Source: Malacoraja senta
Taxonomy: Eukaryota
Assembly (NCBI GenBank): GCA_038087875.1
Contig: CM075978.1
Coordinates: forward strand, 100,564,001 to 100,628,000
DNA length: 64,000 nucleotides
Reading direction: 5' to 3'
Shown here: positions 48,401-62,054 of the stretch, piece by piece
Layout of the letters: each line of letters starts with the position of its first letter
Numbering within the stretch: position 1 is the stretch's first letter
The notes under the pieces: generated by a model
What the model saw: the letters and a program-made list of their open reading frames with translations, nothing else
Told to the model about the DNA's origin: nothing
Database searches by the model: none
Program-made: the position numbers and the translations under genes

Positions 48401-49199
48401 TCTCTGGATGCATCGACGATGGTCACAGATGTAAGTTTCAGATGTTCTGAGGGTCAATCCTTATAGTCACCCCTGATGTTCATGCACATTTTTCGGATTC
48501 AAATATTGGAACAAAACCAAATGCTCTGATTAATTTTTGACTTTATTAGGAAAATTGGAAAGAGCAAGTGACTGAAGTGTAAGTTGGTGAGCCTTTTGGG
48601 ACCAGAGACCACAGGTCTATTAGCTTTAATATAGTTATGGATAACCACAGGGTGGGCCCACAAGTTACAATTCTGAATTGGGGCAAGGCGAACTTTGGTA
48701 TCAGATATGAACTTGCTAAAGATGCTTAGAATAGGCTTATACAAGTGTGATGAGAAGAGTTCAGGGTTTGTCTATTCCTATTGGAGTAAAAGGCAAGGCA
48801 GGTGGGAGTAAGGAAGACTGTCAGGAAGAAGGAGGAGGCAAGGGCCAGGTATAGGCAGCAAGGGTTGTGCATCCCTCGAGCGGTTTTGAGAACTGAGGAG
48901 CAGGATTAAGAAGGAAATGAGGAGGGAAATAAGGGGACAGGAGATACATCTGGCAGATAATATTAAAGAAAATTGAGTTTAAAGTTTTGAAATAACAAGG
49001 CATTGTAGTTGCTGGTTTATACCAAAGATAGACACAAAATACTGGAGTAACTCAGTAGGTCAGGAAGTGTCTGTAGAAAATGGATAGGTGACGTTTCAGG
49101 TCGGGACCCTTCTTCAGACTGTTTGCAGGGGGGAGGCAGAAAAAAAGTAGAAGAGAGAAGAGGGGGCTGGACAAATAACAGCCGGTAACAGATGACCTC

Positions 49200-52100
49200 A
49201 GGCAATTTATCCGTCAATTTAAGCAAGACGGCTCTTGGCGAGCGGCAGTGAGTGAGCGGCCTTGTGAGGGAAGTGCCCTGTGAGTAAAGTGTGAGTCTTT
49301 GGCTCGAGAGTCTTCGGCGAGGAGGCTGAGGAGAGGAGACCACGCAATACGCTTGAGAGGTAGAGACGAAAGAAGGAGATGTCAGGCAAGCTGATTCAGT
49401 GCGATGCTTGTAGTATGTGGGAGGTCAAGGACACCGCTGGTGCCTCTGGCTGCTATAAATGCGAGAAGTGCATCCAGGTAGAGCTCCTGAAGGGCCGTGT
49501 TGGGGAACTGGAGAAGTAAGTGGATGACCTCCGGTTCGTCCGAGAAACGGAGTCGTTCCTCGACCAGTCCTACAGTACGATTGTTACACCTAAGGTACTG
49601 GAAGAGAGAAGGTGGGAGACAGTGAGAAAGGGAGGGAAGCATGGAATGCCAACGTCCCCGGGTGTTGTACCTCTTGTGAACAGGTTCACCCGCTTAGAAG
49701 CTGTTGGGACAGAAGACGTGTTTACACTGAGCGGCGGACTGGCTTGCGATGCGAATAGGGCTGCTGAGCCAAAACCAAAAAGGCCTAAGGCAGGTAACGC
49801 CATTGTAGTGGGAGACTCCATTGTGAGAGGTACGGACAGGGGTTTCTGCGGCAACAGACGGGATGCGAGGATGGTGTGCTGCCTTCCTGGTGCCAGGATC
49901 CAGGATGTCATGGACAGAGTGCAGAAAATCCTCAAGGGCGAAGGTGAACATCCGGAAGTGGTAGTGCATGTCGGCACAAACGATGTCGCAAAGAAGGGGA
50001 TGAATATTCTGCAGCGTGACTTTAGAGAGCTTGGAAAAATGCTGAAAAACAGGACCTCCAGGGTTGTTATCTCCGGTTTGCTACCAGTTCCTCATGCTGG
50101 CGAGAGCAGGAACAGGGAGATACGGGACCTGAACGTGTGGCTGAGGAACTGGTGCACGGGGCAGGGATTTAGATTCTTAGATCACTGGGATCTGTTTTGG
50201 GGTAAGGGGGAACTGTACAAAAGGGACGGATTGCATCTTAACAGGTGTGGGACCAGCATTCTGGCAGGCAGGTTTGCCACTGCTACACGGGTGGTTTTAA
50301 ATTGAATAAGGGGGGTGGGGGTGTCGAATGGGATAGTGGAGGATGGAGTTAAAGGGAAAGGGTTTCTTAAATGTGTGAGCGTAGAGACAGAGGGGTGTAA
50401 AATGAGGGTAGAAGCAATAGGTAGCAAGGTGAAAAGTAAAAGTGGCAGGCAGAAAAACCAGGGCAAAAATCAAAAAGGGCCACTTTTCAACATAATTGTA
50501 TAAGGGGTAAGAGTGTTGTAAAAACAAGCCTGAAGGCTTTGTGTCTCAATGCAAGGAGCATTCGTAATAAGGTGGATGAGTTGAATGAGCAGATAGCTAT
50601 TAATGATTATGATATAGTTGGGATCACGGAGACATGGTTCCAGGGTGACCAAGGCTGGGAGCTGAACATCGAGGGATATTCAATATTCAGGAGGGATAGA
50701 GAGAAAGGAAAAGGAGGTGGGGTAGCGTTGCTGATTAGAGAGGAGATTAACGCAATGGAAAGGAAGGACATTAGTTTCGAGGATGTGGAATCGGAATGGG
50801 TAGAGCTGCGAAACACTAAGGGGCAGAAAACGCTGGTGGGTGTTGTGTACAGGCCACCTAACAGTAGTAGTGAAGTTGGAGATGGTATCAAACAGGAAAT
50901 TAGAAATGCGTGCGACAAAGGCAAAACAGTTATAATGGGTGACTTCAATCTACATATAGATTGGGTGAATCAAATTGGCAGGGGTGCTGAGGAAGAGGAT
51001 TTCTTGGAATGTATGCGGGATAGTTATCTAAATCAACATGTAGAGGAACCAACGAGAGAGCAGGCTATTTTAGACTGGGTATTGAGTAATGAGGAAGGGT
51101 TAGTTAGCAGTCTTGTTGTACGTGCCCCCTTGGGCAAGAGTGACCATAATATGGTTGAGTTCTTCATTAGGATGGAGAGTGACATTGTTAATTCAGAAAC
51201 AATGGTTCTGAACTTAAAGAAAGGTAACTTTGAGGGTATGAGACGTGAATTGGCCAAGATTGACTGGCAATTAATTCTAAAAGGGTTGACGGTGGATATG
51301 CAATGGAAGACATTTAAAGACTGCATGGATGAACTACAAAAATTGTTCATCCCAGTTTGGCAAAAGAATAAATCAGGGAAGGTAGTTCATCCGTGGATAA
51401 CAAGGGAAATCAGGGATGGTATCAAAGCGAAGGATGATGCGTACAAATTAGCCAGAAAAAGCAGCATACCGGAGGACTGGGAGAAATTCAGAGTCCAGCA
51501 GAGGAGGACAAAGGGCTTAATTAGGAAAGGAAAAATAGATTATGAAAGAAAACTGGCAGGGAACATAAAAACTGACTGCAACAGTTTTTATAGATATGTG
51601 AAAAGAAAGAGATTAGTTAAAACAAATGTAGGTCCCTTGCAGTCAGAAACAGGTGAGTTGATCATGGGGAACAAGGATATGGCGGAGCAATTGAATAACT
51701 ACTTTGGTTCCGTCTTCACTAAGGAAGACATAAATAATCTGCCGGAAATAGCAGGGGACCGCGGGTCAAAGGAGTTGGAGGAATTGAGTGAAATCCAGGT
51801 TAGTCGGGAAGTGGTGTTGGGTAAATTGAATGGATTAAAGGCCGATAAATCCCCAGGGCCAGATAGGCTGCATCCCAGAGTACTTAAGGAAGTAGCTCCA
51901 GAAATAGTGGATGCATTAGTAATAATCTTTCAAAACTCTTTAGATTCTGGAGTAGATCCTGAGGATTGGTGGGTAGCAAACGTAACCCCCACTTTTTAAG
52001 AAGGGAGGGAGAGAGAAAATGGGGAATTACAGACCAGTTAGTCTAACATCGGTAGTGGGGAAACTGCTAGAGTCAGTTATTAAAGATGGGATAGCAGCAC

Positions 52101-53416
52101 ATTTGGAAAGTGGTGAAATCATTGGACAAAGTCAGCATGGATTTACGAAAGGTAAATCGTGTCTGACGAATCTTATAGAATTTTTCGAGGATGTAACTAG
52201 TAGCGTGGATAGGGGAGAACCAGTGGATGTGGTGTATCTCGACTTCCAGAAGACTTTTGACAAGGTCCCACATAAGAGATTAGTATACAAACTTAAAGCA
52301 CATGGCATTGGGGGTTCAGTATTGATGTGGATAGAGAACTGGCTGGCAAACATGAAGCAAACAGTAGGAGTAAACGGGCCCTTTTCACAATGGCAGGCAG
52401 TGACTAGTGGGGTACCGCAAGGGTCAGTGCTGGGACCCCAGCTATTTACAATATATATTAATGAACTGGATGAGGGAATTGAAGGCAATATCTCCAAGTT
52501 TGCGGATGACACTAAGCTGGGGGGCAGTGTTAGCTGTGAGGAGGATGCTAGGAGTCTGCAAGGTGACTTGGATAGGCTGGGTGAGTGGGCAAATGTTTGG
52601 CAGATGCAGTATAATGTGGATAAATGTGAGGTTATCCATTTTGGTGGCAAAAACAGGAAAGCAGACTATTATCTAAATGGTGGCCGACTAGGAAAAGGGG
52701 AGATGCAGCGAGACCTGGGTGTCATGGTACACCAGTCATTGAAAGTAGGCATGCAGGTGCAGCAGGCAGTGAAGAAAGTGAATGGTATGTTAGCTTTCAT
52801 AGCAAAAGGATTTGAGTATAGGAGCAGGGAGGTTCTACTGCAGTTGTACAGGGTCTTGGTGAGACCACACCTGGAGTATTGCGTACAGTTTTGTTCTCCA
52901 AATCTGAGGAAGGACATTATTGCCATAGAGGGAGTGCAGAGAAGGTTCACCAGACTGATTCCTGGGATGTCAGGACTGTCTTATGAAGAAAGACTGGATA
53001 GACTTGGTTTATACTCTCTAGAATTTAGGAGATTGAGAGGGGATCTTATAGAAACGTACAAAATTCTTAAGGGGTTGGACAGGCTAGATGCAGGAAGATT
53101 GCTCCCGATGTTGGGGAAGTCCAGGACAAGGGGTCACAGCTTAAGGATAAGGGGGAAATCCTTTAAAACCGAGATGAACTTTTTTGAGTGGTGAATCTCT
53201 GGAACTCTCTGCCACAGAGGGTAGTCGAGGCCAGTTCATTGGCTATATTTAAGAGGGAGTTAGATGTGGCCCTTGTGGCTAAAGGGATCAGAGGGTATGG
53301 AGAGAAGGCAGGTACGGGATACTGAGTTGGATGATCAGCCATGATCATATTGAATGGCGGTGCAGGCTCGAAGGGCCGAATGGCCTACTCCTGCACCTAA
53401 TTTCTGTGTTTCTATG
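49200..53416 (+). mobile_element. Near full-length CR1 LINE (esterase-type ORF1; APE-RT ORF2), inactivated
   Basis: ORF1 49379-50305: CxxC pairs, GDS, HVGTND, DGLHLN, with a stop near 49517. ORF2 about 50539-53200: ITETW, GDFN, SDH, YLDFQK, FADD, with frameshifts. (TTTCTATG)-type tail. Confidence 0.93.
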
Positions 53417-55329
53417 AGAGGTTTCCCTGATAGGCAGGTTGTTGGATAAAGGCGATAGAAGCAGGTGTGAGCCCAAAAGAGATACATGGTTGCGAATTGT
53501 TGAAGGACTTTTGGTGTAAGGGGGGCAGGGAGTGGGGAGTATTTATCGAAGTTATCTGAAGTTAGAAGTTAAAGATTTAAAAATTGAGTTGAGTTGACAT
53601 TTTTGAAGAAGTAACCAAAAAGGTTTTTGAGGGCAAGCCATAATTGTTACTTCAGCATTTTGTGTATTTCCTTCCTAAACCAGCATCTGCAGTTCCCGGT
53701 TTCTACATAGACGTTGTCTATATGAACTTCAGGTTAGGATTTGATTAGGTTCTTCATGGTAAACTGCTCTGGAAATTTAGATTATATGGGATCCAGGAAG
53801 AGTTAAGCAACTGGATAAAAAATTGGCTTCATGGAAGGCAGCAGAGGGTGATGGTGATGGGTTGTTTGTCAGACTGGAAGTCTATGACTTACAAGATACA
53901 AGATACATTTATTTGTCACATGTGCCAGTTGGCACAGTGAAATGTGTGGTCACCATACAGCCATACAATAAAAATAAAGAACACAACACACGATAGAGTT
54001 CAACATGAAACATCCCCACGCAGCAGAATCAAAGTTAGCCACTGTGAGGGAAGGCACCAAAGTCAGTCATCTTCCTCTAATGTACCCCAATGTTCACCCG
54101 TGGTCGGGGCCTCCCCGAGCCCTCCGCAGTCACCGCTACGGGCGGCCCGATGTTCAGGTGTGTTCCAGGGATCTGTGCTGTGTTCACTTGTGGTGTGTTC
54201 CAGGGATCTGTGCTGTGCCCTTTGCTGTGCGGTTGATATCAGCGATTTGGCTGAGAATGTAGAAGGCATGATTAGTAATTTTGCGGATGACACTAAAATG
54301 GCTGATTTCATAGATAGTGAAGATAGTGAAGATAATGAATTTGTTATAGTAAGAATATTGTTAAGCGAGAAAGAGTGCAGAGCAGATTTATTAGCATGTT
54401 GTCACGACTTGAAGGCCCTAACTATAGCAAGAGGTTGGGCTGGACAGGGTTTTATTCCTTGGAGCCCAGGAGGCCGAGCGATTATTTTATAGAGATTTAT
54501 AGGATCATGAGGGGGATAGGTAGTGTGAATGCACAGTGTCTGTTACCCAGAGTAGGGGAATCAAGAACCAGAGGACATAGGTGAGAGAGGAAAGATTCAA
54601 TAGAAAACTGAGGGGCAACGTTTTCAAACAGAGGATGGTGGATATATAGAACGATCTGACAGAAAAGGTAGTTAAGGCAGGTACAATAATTGAATTTAAA
54701 ATACATTTGGACAGATACATGGATAGGAAAGGTTTAGAGAGATCTGGGGTAAGCCTGGGCAAGTTGAACTAGTGCAGATGGGACATCTTGGTCAACTTGG
54801 GAAATTTAGACTGAAGGATCTGCTTCCGTGCTGTGTAGCACTGTGACTCGTCCAAAAGTACATTAAAGGAAAGAGGGTAACTAGTGAGAGAATAGGTTTC
54901 CTCAGACATAAAGGCACTCTGCCTCAGAATAGTATAAATGTTCCATTAGATTGCCCCTCAGCCTCGGATGCTCTAGAGAAACAGTCCACATTTATGCAAC
55001 CTCGCCAGATAACTAATGCCCAGGCAGCATTCTGGTAAACCTCTTCTACAACTTCTTCAAACCCGCCACATCATTCCTGTAATGTGGTGACCAGAACTGC
55101 ACAAACAACTCTAAATGTTGCCCAACCAAAGTTTCATGCAGCTGCAACATGACTTGCCAGCTTTTACACTCAGTGCCCTGGTCAACAACAGCAAGTATAT
55201 AGTAGACCTTCTTTACCAGGAGTCAAGAAACCAGAAATGAACTGCAACAGTGAAATTCTTACTTGCTGCAGCTTCCGACACATTCCGACACACAACTACA
55301 ACAAGAAATAAATGCACTATCAATTATGT

Positions 55330-55790
55330 TATCCTAAATAAATGGGGCTATGGCAGTGCAAAAACCCACCAAATTACATGGAGCAATCATAATAGTCCAT
55401 AGTGAGGTGCTGAAGTTGGGTTGTACAGGGTGGTTCAAGAACTTGATGGTTGATGGGAAGAAGCTGTTCTTCAACTTGGAGGTAACAGCCTTCAGGCTCC
55501 TGTACCGTCTTCCTGATGGTACAGGGAGATGAGAATATGGCCAAGGTGATGTGGGTCTGTTTAAAGGTTGTTTTCTTGGCACCATTTGGTCAGTTGATCG
55601 ATCTCCCAATACTCTGACTCATCATCATCCATAATTTGTTCAACTACGGTGGTGTCGTCAGCGAATTTGTAGATGGAGTTGGAACTGTGTCCGGCCACAT
55701 AGTAATGGGTACAGAGTACGGGGCTGAACACCCAGCCTTGAGGTGCTCCTGTGCTGATGGTTCCTGATCAAGCTGGAAGTTTTGCTGTGA
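55330..55790 (-). mobile_element. Rex1/Babar-type LINE fragment
   Basis: VPSGRRYRSLKAVTSKLKNSFFP. Confidence 0.75.
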
Positions 55791-56559
55791 GGTGGAGGAA
55801 ATGCATTACTGATTAGGGAGAAGTTCACAGTGGGACTTGGAGAGGACATACTAGAGGATTAATCCACTGTGGGTAGTTTATTCACAGCGGGTAGAGTTCA
55901 CAATAAACAAAGGCACAATCATGCTGATGGGATGATATATTGGGCCCTCCAAAAACCAGCAGGAAATAGAAGAACAAATATATAAACAGGATTACAGGAA
56001 ACTATAAAACTATCAGGGTTGTCAAAATGAGCGATTTTTAACTTCCCCAATATTAACTCAGACTTCCTTTGCGCTAGAGGCATAGTTAGGGCAGGGTTTG
56101 TTAGATTCAATCCAAAAAGCTTTCTTGAACAGTGTGTGGGTAGTCAAATTCGAAAAGTGACCATACTGGAACTTGTACTGGTATTTGGTCCTAGCCATGC
56201 GACTGACATTTATCGCCATCCAATGTACCCTACCTTGACAACCATGTCCCTCCTCCTGACTAGAACATGCCGGTTTTGAACTCTTGATCATTTGGTCTTT
56301 AATAGGCCCCCGCATGTCAGATGTGAACTTACCCAATAACAATAGAGTCATAGAGTCAATAGAGTCCCAGAGAGACGTACAGGCCTGATCCAACCGCCGA
56401 ACAACCACGCCGCCGACCGGAACGTACCCCGGTAGGCCCGACTCGCCCAGGGGCCTGACTTGCACAGGCCTCCCAGGGGACTGCGGATAACCCGGGCAGC
56501 AAGGCCTGTCTGTGCCAAAGGAGCCTGGGGCGGTGTGAGCCTCGGCAGCAACGGGAGCC

Positions 56560-57005
56560 TTGGTGGCAGTGGGGCCTCGGCGGCGGTGGGTCTTCGTGAT
56601 CGTCATGCGATCAGCGATCGATGAGCGTGCGAGTGGGAGGGAAAGACAATGGAGGACCTGGCGTGGGGGACCACCAAGAAGAACAATGGATGACCCGGCG
56701 TGGGATGACCGCCATGAGGGATGGTGGGAGAACAAAGGACCCAGTGTGGGTGAGGGGGAGCACTCTAGTTTTAGAATCCTCTGCCCAGGAGATAACCCTG
56801 TGTTTGTTTGTTTGTTTGTTTGTTTGTTTGTTCATTCCGGTTAAGGCACTGTGCACATGGCAGCCAGCCAACAATCACTTGTCTTTTTTTTCACTTTTAT
56901 TTTAATTTAATTTTAATATCAAGTTTTCCTGTACCTGCAGTGTGTTGTGACTGTTGGCAGACCAATTTCCCTCTGGGTATGAATAAAGTTCTATCGTATC
57001 ATATC
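56560..57005 (+). mobile_element. Non-LTR retroposon 3' fragment with (GTTT)n tract and (ATCGT)n tail
   Basis: AATAAA plus a short tandem tail; matches 33560-33850 in reverse. Confidence 0.65.
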
Positions 57006-58323
57006 ATATAGTCATACAGTGTGGAAACAGGCCCTTCGGCCCAACTTGCCCACACCAACCAACATGCCCAATCTACACTAGTTCCATCTGCCTGCATTTG
57101 GCCCATATCCCTCTAAACCTGCCCTATCCGTAGAGTCATGGAATCATATGGGACCTTCAAGATTCAAGATTCAAGAAGTTTATTGCCATGTCAACATTAA
57201 GTTGATAGGAATTTGACTTGCCATGCAGCACACAAATAAAGATTACAACAAAGAATTTAACAACATAAAAACATCCCCCCACAATGGTTCCCACTGTGGG
57301 AGAAGGCAGCAAAGTCCAGTCCCATCCCCAGTTCACCCATAGTCAGGGCCTTTTGAGGCCTCTGCAGCCCGATGCCTCAGGCCCTCTCGACGGATGATGA
57401 AGCTCCGGCGTCGGGTGAACACTCTCAGCGGCCCGGAGTGTCTGGAGCGGCCGCCTCCTCCCAGTAGACCGCGGCTCCCGAAGTCCACAAGCCGCGCTGG
57501 TCGATGCTCCGACTCTGTCGACCTCGTCGTCAGATCCCAGGCTCCGCGGTGTTCCAAGCTCAGCGCCGCTGGAAGCTCCACTGACCGCAGACCGCAGCTC
57601 CGCGATGTTGGTGCCGGCTGTCACAGCACTCCGGAGCTTACTGCACGGCGACCCGGGTTAGGCATCGCCCGCTCCGCGATGGTACTTCAGCGCTGTGCCG
57701 CCGCCGAAGCTGAAGTCCTGGCCGGTCCCGGCAGGAAAACGCCGCTCCAGTCTGCCCATAGGCCGCGAGGAAGGGGCGAAGATCCGGCTCGGAGAAAAGC
57801 CGCAACTCCGACCAGGTAGGTACTGAGAAAATAGTTTCCCCCTAACCCCACCCCCCACCCCCCACATAAAAAGACTAAAGACCTCCAAAACAAACACTTT
57901 CAACTAACTAAAAATAAAAAAAGGGTGAAAAAACTAACAGCTGCTGGCGGGGTAGCCATACTCGACGGCGCCCCCTTCTGGCATCCATGTATATGTCTAA
58001 TTGTTTCTTAAACATTGCTCCCAATTTACTTTTGCTAGTTGCTACCTAATAATGTTGTAATTTGCTGTACTACAATTTAATATCTACCCCCAAGGTCCAG
58101 ACCTGTCTTTATTCATAACTATCTTAAAGCTTATGAGGTTATGAGGTTATGAATGAGAATGAATCTGGACCTTGGGACAAGTTGGCGAGGAAGGGAACTT
58201 TGGATGACGAAGGAGGTCGAAAATTGGGTCCAAAAGAAAGAGGAAGCATATGTAAGCATAACCTGGACGTAAATGTAGATGGCTAGGTAAGTAAGTTTGC
58301 AGACAACACCAACATTGGTGGAG

Positions 58324-58524
58324 GTACACAAAAATGCTGGAGAAACTCAGCGGGTGCAGCAGCATCTATGGAGCGAAGGAAATAGGTAACGTTTCGGGCC
58401 GAAACCCTTCTTCAGACCCGAAACGTTACCTATTTCCTTCGCTCCATAGATGCTGCTGCACCCGCTGAGTTTCTCCAGCATTTTTGTGTACCTTCGATTT
58501 TCCAGCATCTGCAGTTCCTTCTTT
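58324..58524 (+). mobile_element. 201-bp Penelope-type fold-back insertion
   Basis: 19-bp TSD AACACCAACATTGGTGGAG (58305-58323, 58525-58543). Perfect 77-bp inverted arms at 58322-58398 and 58417-58493. Confidence 0.88.
58385..58415 (-). ncRNA. Minimal type I hammerhead ribozyme motif (Penelope-type)
   Basis: CUGAAGA-A-GGGU(UUC)GGCCC-GAAA-CGUU: intact core boxes, stem II and palindromic ACGU stem III. Activity untested. Confidence 0.6.
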
Positions 58525-58906
58525 AACACCAACATTGGTGGAGTTGTGGACAGTAAGGAAGGTTGTCAAAATATACAGTGAAATACAGAAATAGGTGGAG
58601 AAATGACAGTTGCAGTTTAATCTGAGCAAGTGAATGGTGTTGTACTTTGGGAGGTCAAATTTAAGGAGAAAGTAAGACATAAGTGTTGTAAGGATAGGTG
58701 TTCATAAGCTCAGATGTAGATACTGGTTTGCCAAAAAAGACACAGGAGTAACTCAACTGGTCAGGCAGCATTTCTGGAGAACACGGATAGGTGTCATTTT
58801 TGACAAGGCACAAAGTGCTGAAAGGAATTTCTGGAGGTTGGGGATGTATCCCAGTCCATCACATGGACAAACATCCCCACCAATGAATAATAATAATAAT
58901 AACAGA

Positions 58907-60252
58907 TTTTTTTTTTTTTTTTTTGAAAATATTTTTTTATTGGAGATAAACCTATTAACATCATTACCAGTCTTACATTTTTGAATTGATAATATTGTCA
59001 ATTATTATTACATTGTCTCCAATACCTTTTGCCTTTTTTTGTTTTTTTTAAACTAGATAGAACTAAAAAGATAGATGAAGTAAAGAAAGAAAAGAGAGAG
59101 AAGAAAAGAGAGAGAAAGAAAAAAAACCCCCAAAAAAACCCCAAAACAAAAAACAAAAAACAAAACAGAAAAGAAAAAGATAGTTAAAGAAGAATGGAAA
59201 AATTTATTAAAATAAAAAACTTCATTCGAGATATATTCGTACATTTCAGAGTATAGCATTTCATCCATTCTTTAGCCCGAGTGTTAGTCAGGTTCCTGTG
59301 CTGAACCATTCTGACCCTTTAAATAATCAATAAAGGGAGACCATGTTCCAACGAATAATTCCTGTTTGTCCAACAGGGAACATCTGATTCTTTCCACGTT
59401 TAAGGTCTCCGTCATTTCTATAATCCACATTTTGATTGTGGGGGTTATAGGGCCTTTCCAAAATTTTAGAATTAAATTTTTTCCCGTTATTATACTATAA
59501 TCAATAAAGTTTCTTTGTGTTGTTGCAAATGTTTGATTTAATTCTAATGTTCCGAGTATTATTAATTTTGGATCCGGGTCCAATTGTGTGCTGGTCACTT
59601 TAGATATTATACTGAAAATATTTACCCAGAATTTTTTTATTTTTATACAGTTTGCAAACATATGAGATAAGTTAGCTTCTAAATGTTGACATTTATCACA
59701 TATAGGTGAGATATGTTGAAAGATTTTATGTAATTTTGTTTTTGAATAATGTAACCTATGTATTACTTTAAATTGTATTAAAGAATGTCTGGCATTTAAT
59801 GAACATTGATGTATGTGTTGTAAACTTTCTTCCCAAGTATCTTTCGTTATTATTTGATTTAATTCTTTTCCCCATGTTTGTCTGTGTAAGTCCGTCGATG
59901 GAATGTCACTGTCTAATAAAATATTATATATATAAGATATTAATTTTTCTGTATTAGGATGTTTATTCTAACATTCGTCAAGAATTTCTGAATTTCTAAT
60001 TCGAAAATTTTGAGTATTCGATTTTACATAATCTCTGAGTTGAAGATATCTGAAAAAATCATTTCCTCGAAGTCCATAAGTCTGTTGCAACACCTGAAAT
60101 GTCAGAAAAGTGCCTTCCTTGTAAAGTTGTCCCATATTTTTAATTCCATAATTCTTCCATTGTGTAAAACCCCTGTCCAACCATGAGGGCTTAAACAAAG
60201 GGTTATTCACAATTGGAAGAAAAAGTGATAAATTATCTAATTTTAATGTCTT
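58907..60252 (-). mobile_element. L1 ORF2 3' end with poly(A)
   Basis: LPIVNNPLFKPS...LILKFWK fragments; poly(T) at about 58907-58924. Confidence 0.88.
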
Positions 60253-62016
60253 AAACGGGAGAAAATTGGGTCTTACCTGCAGCGATCGCGATCTGAACGG
60301 CTGCCTGCCGCGTGACGTCATCAGGCGCGCGACTTTGACGGTATGTTGATGCAACATACCCCCCCCCGTGTGCCAAAAAAAACCGTTAAAGGGAAACCAC
60401 CGATGGAAGAGGTAGGCCTAACTGAGGCCTCGGCCTCAGGTACAATGACGGCCCAGGAAGACCCAACGAAGAAATCAAAGCAGAAAAAGTCTGAAATTGA
60501 AGATCTTAAAACTTTTCTCGCTGTTGAAATTAAACAGATTCAACTACAGTTGAAAACCTTTGAAGGAAAATTGAATTTTAAAGAGGAACAACTCTTTTAA
60601 GGTAGATTTTAAAGCAGAAATGCTTTCTACCGTTCAAGAAATACTGGAAGTCTGGAAGAGGTCGAGGGAGGAAGAGGTCAAGGAACAGATGGAAGTGCTG
60701 GAAGCCAGGCTCGATTCGGTGGAAGCGAACGTTAAAATGGAGGTGGCCCCCATTCATCAAGCACTCGAACAACATAGAACAGCGATAACCGAACTTGAGA
60801 AATGGGCGGCGACAAGTGAGGAAACTGTAGGTCGACTCCTTACTGAAAACCAACGCCTCACCGGTATGGTGATCAAATTAAGTGATAAATGTACCGATTT
60901 GGAGGGGCGTCAAAGACGTAAGAATCTAAGAATTGTAGGGGTGAAAGAAGGAAGTGAGAGGGAAATGGGCCCTCGGGATTTTGTGGCAGACCTACTACAA
61001 AAAGCCTTAAAATTGGATCAAAAACCTTCACTCGGTCGAGCTCATAGAGCGCAGCGGCGTCGTACACAAGATGATGCCCATCCAAGACAAATTATTCTAA
61101 AGGTGCAACTGGATCATGAATTTGACGATATAATGAAGAAAATCGTCCGAAGCGGACAGCTCCATTTTGAAGGTGCGAGGTTCAGTATTTACCGAGATTA
61201 TCCGGCAGAGGTCTTCAAGAAAAGAGCGCTGTTCACTGAGACAAAAAGAATACTGAAGAATGTACCTGATTTGAGATACGGCTTGCTTTACCCCGCAAGA
61301 CTAAGAGTCACCTACAAGCACAAGGAGCAATTTTTTACAGACCAGGAAAAAGCACTGGAATATGCCAAAGAAATCGGGAACGTGACCACAGACTGAAGAA
61401 TTTACATTTCTCCTCAGGAGTCAAGGATTAACGGGACTTCGCCAGATTTAAAAGGACCTTTAAAGTTCTTTTAAGAGCTTTAAGGACATTCGAAAACCGA
61501 AATGGACGGTGGACATTGGAGAAAACCGTGGTTTTTTATTTTTTATTTTTTTAAAATCTTTTTTTATTTTTAGTATAAACTTTAAGAACAATAATATCAT
61601 AGTTGTGACCAATTGTTATTAATCACTATTACTATTTAGTATATTCATACCTAACTATATATGTAACTACTAATACTTATTAAATATCTATATTACTACT
61701 AAAATTATTAACATTTATATTACTCATAAAAATTTAATACTGGGTATGATTGATAACAATGATTAATAACTAACAGTCTCTGGTTAACGTAGAAATGAGT
61801 TACATACTTATATTCTATAGGAAGATGTGTAAGAGGTAATTCAGCCTACGTCATAATAAGGTTTGACGGTTTTTCTCTTTATTTTTCAATTTAAAATTAA
61901 ATTTATAGATTTAGCGAAGATATTAATATGGTATGTAGAGAATAATAACGTTGTGAATTTATGCTGTTTTCGGACTTTTCTGCAGGGATATGTGCGTATA
62001 TATGTATGCATATGGG

Positions 62017-62054
<38 letters not shown>

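Noticed and set aside
48067-48450. ORFs 48067-48450 (+) and 48150-48413 (-) as a possible Ig C1 exon
   Set aside because: No C1 Cys/Trp spacing. The real signal is the 49-nt leader exon in another frame plus promoter DNA.
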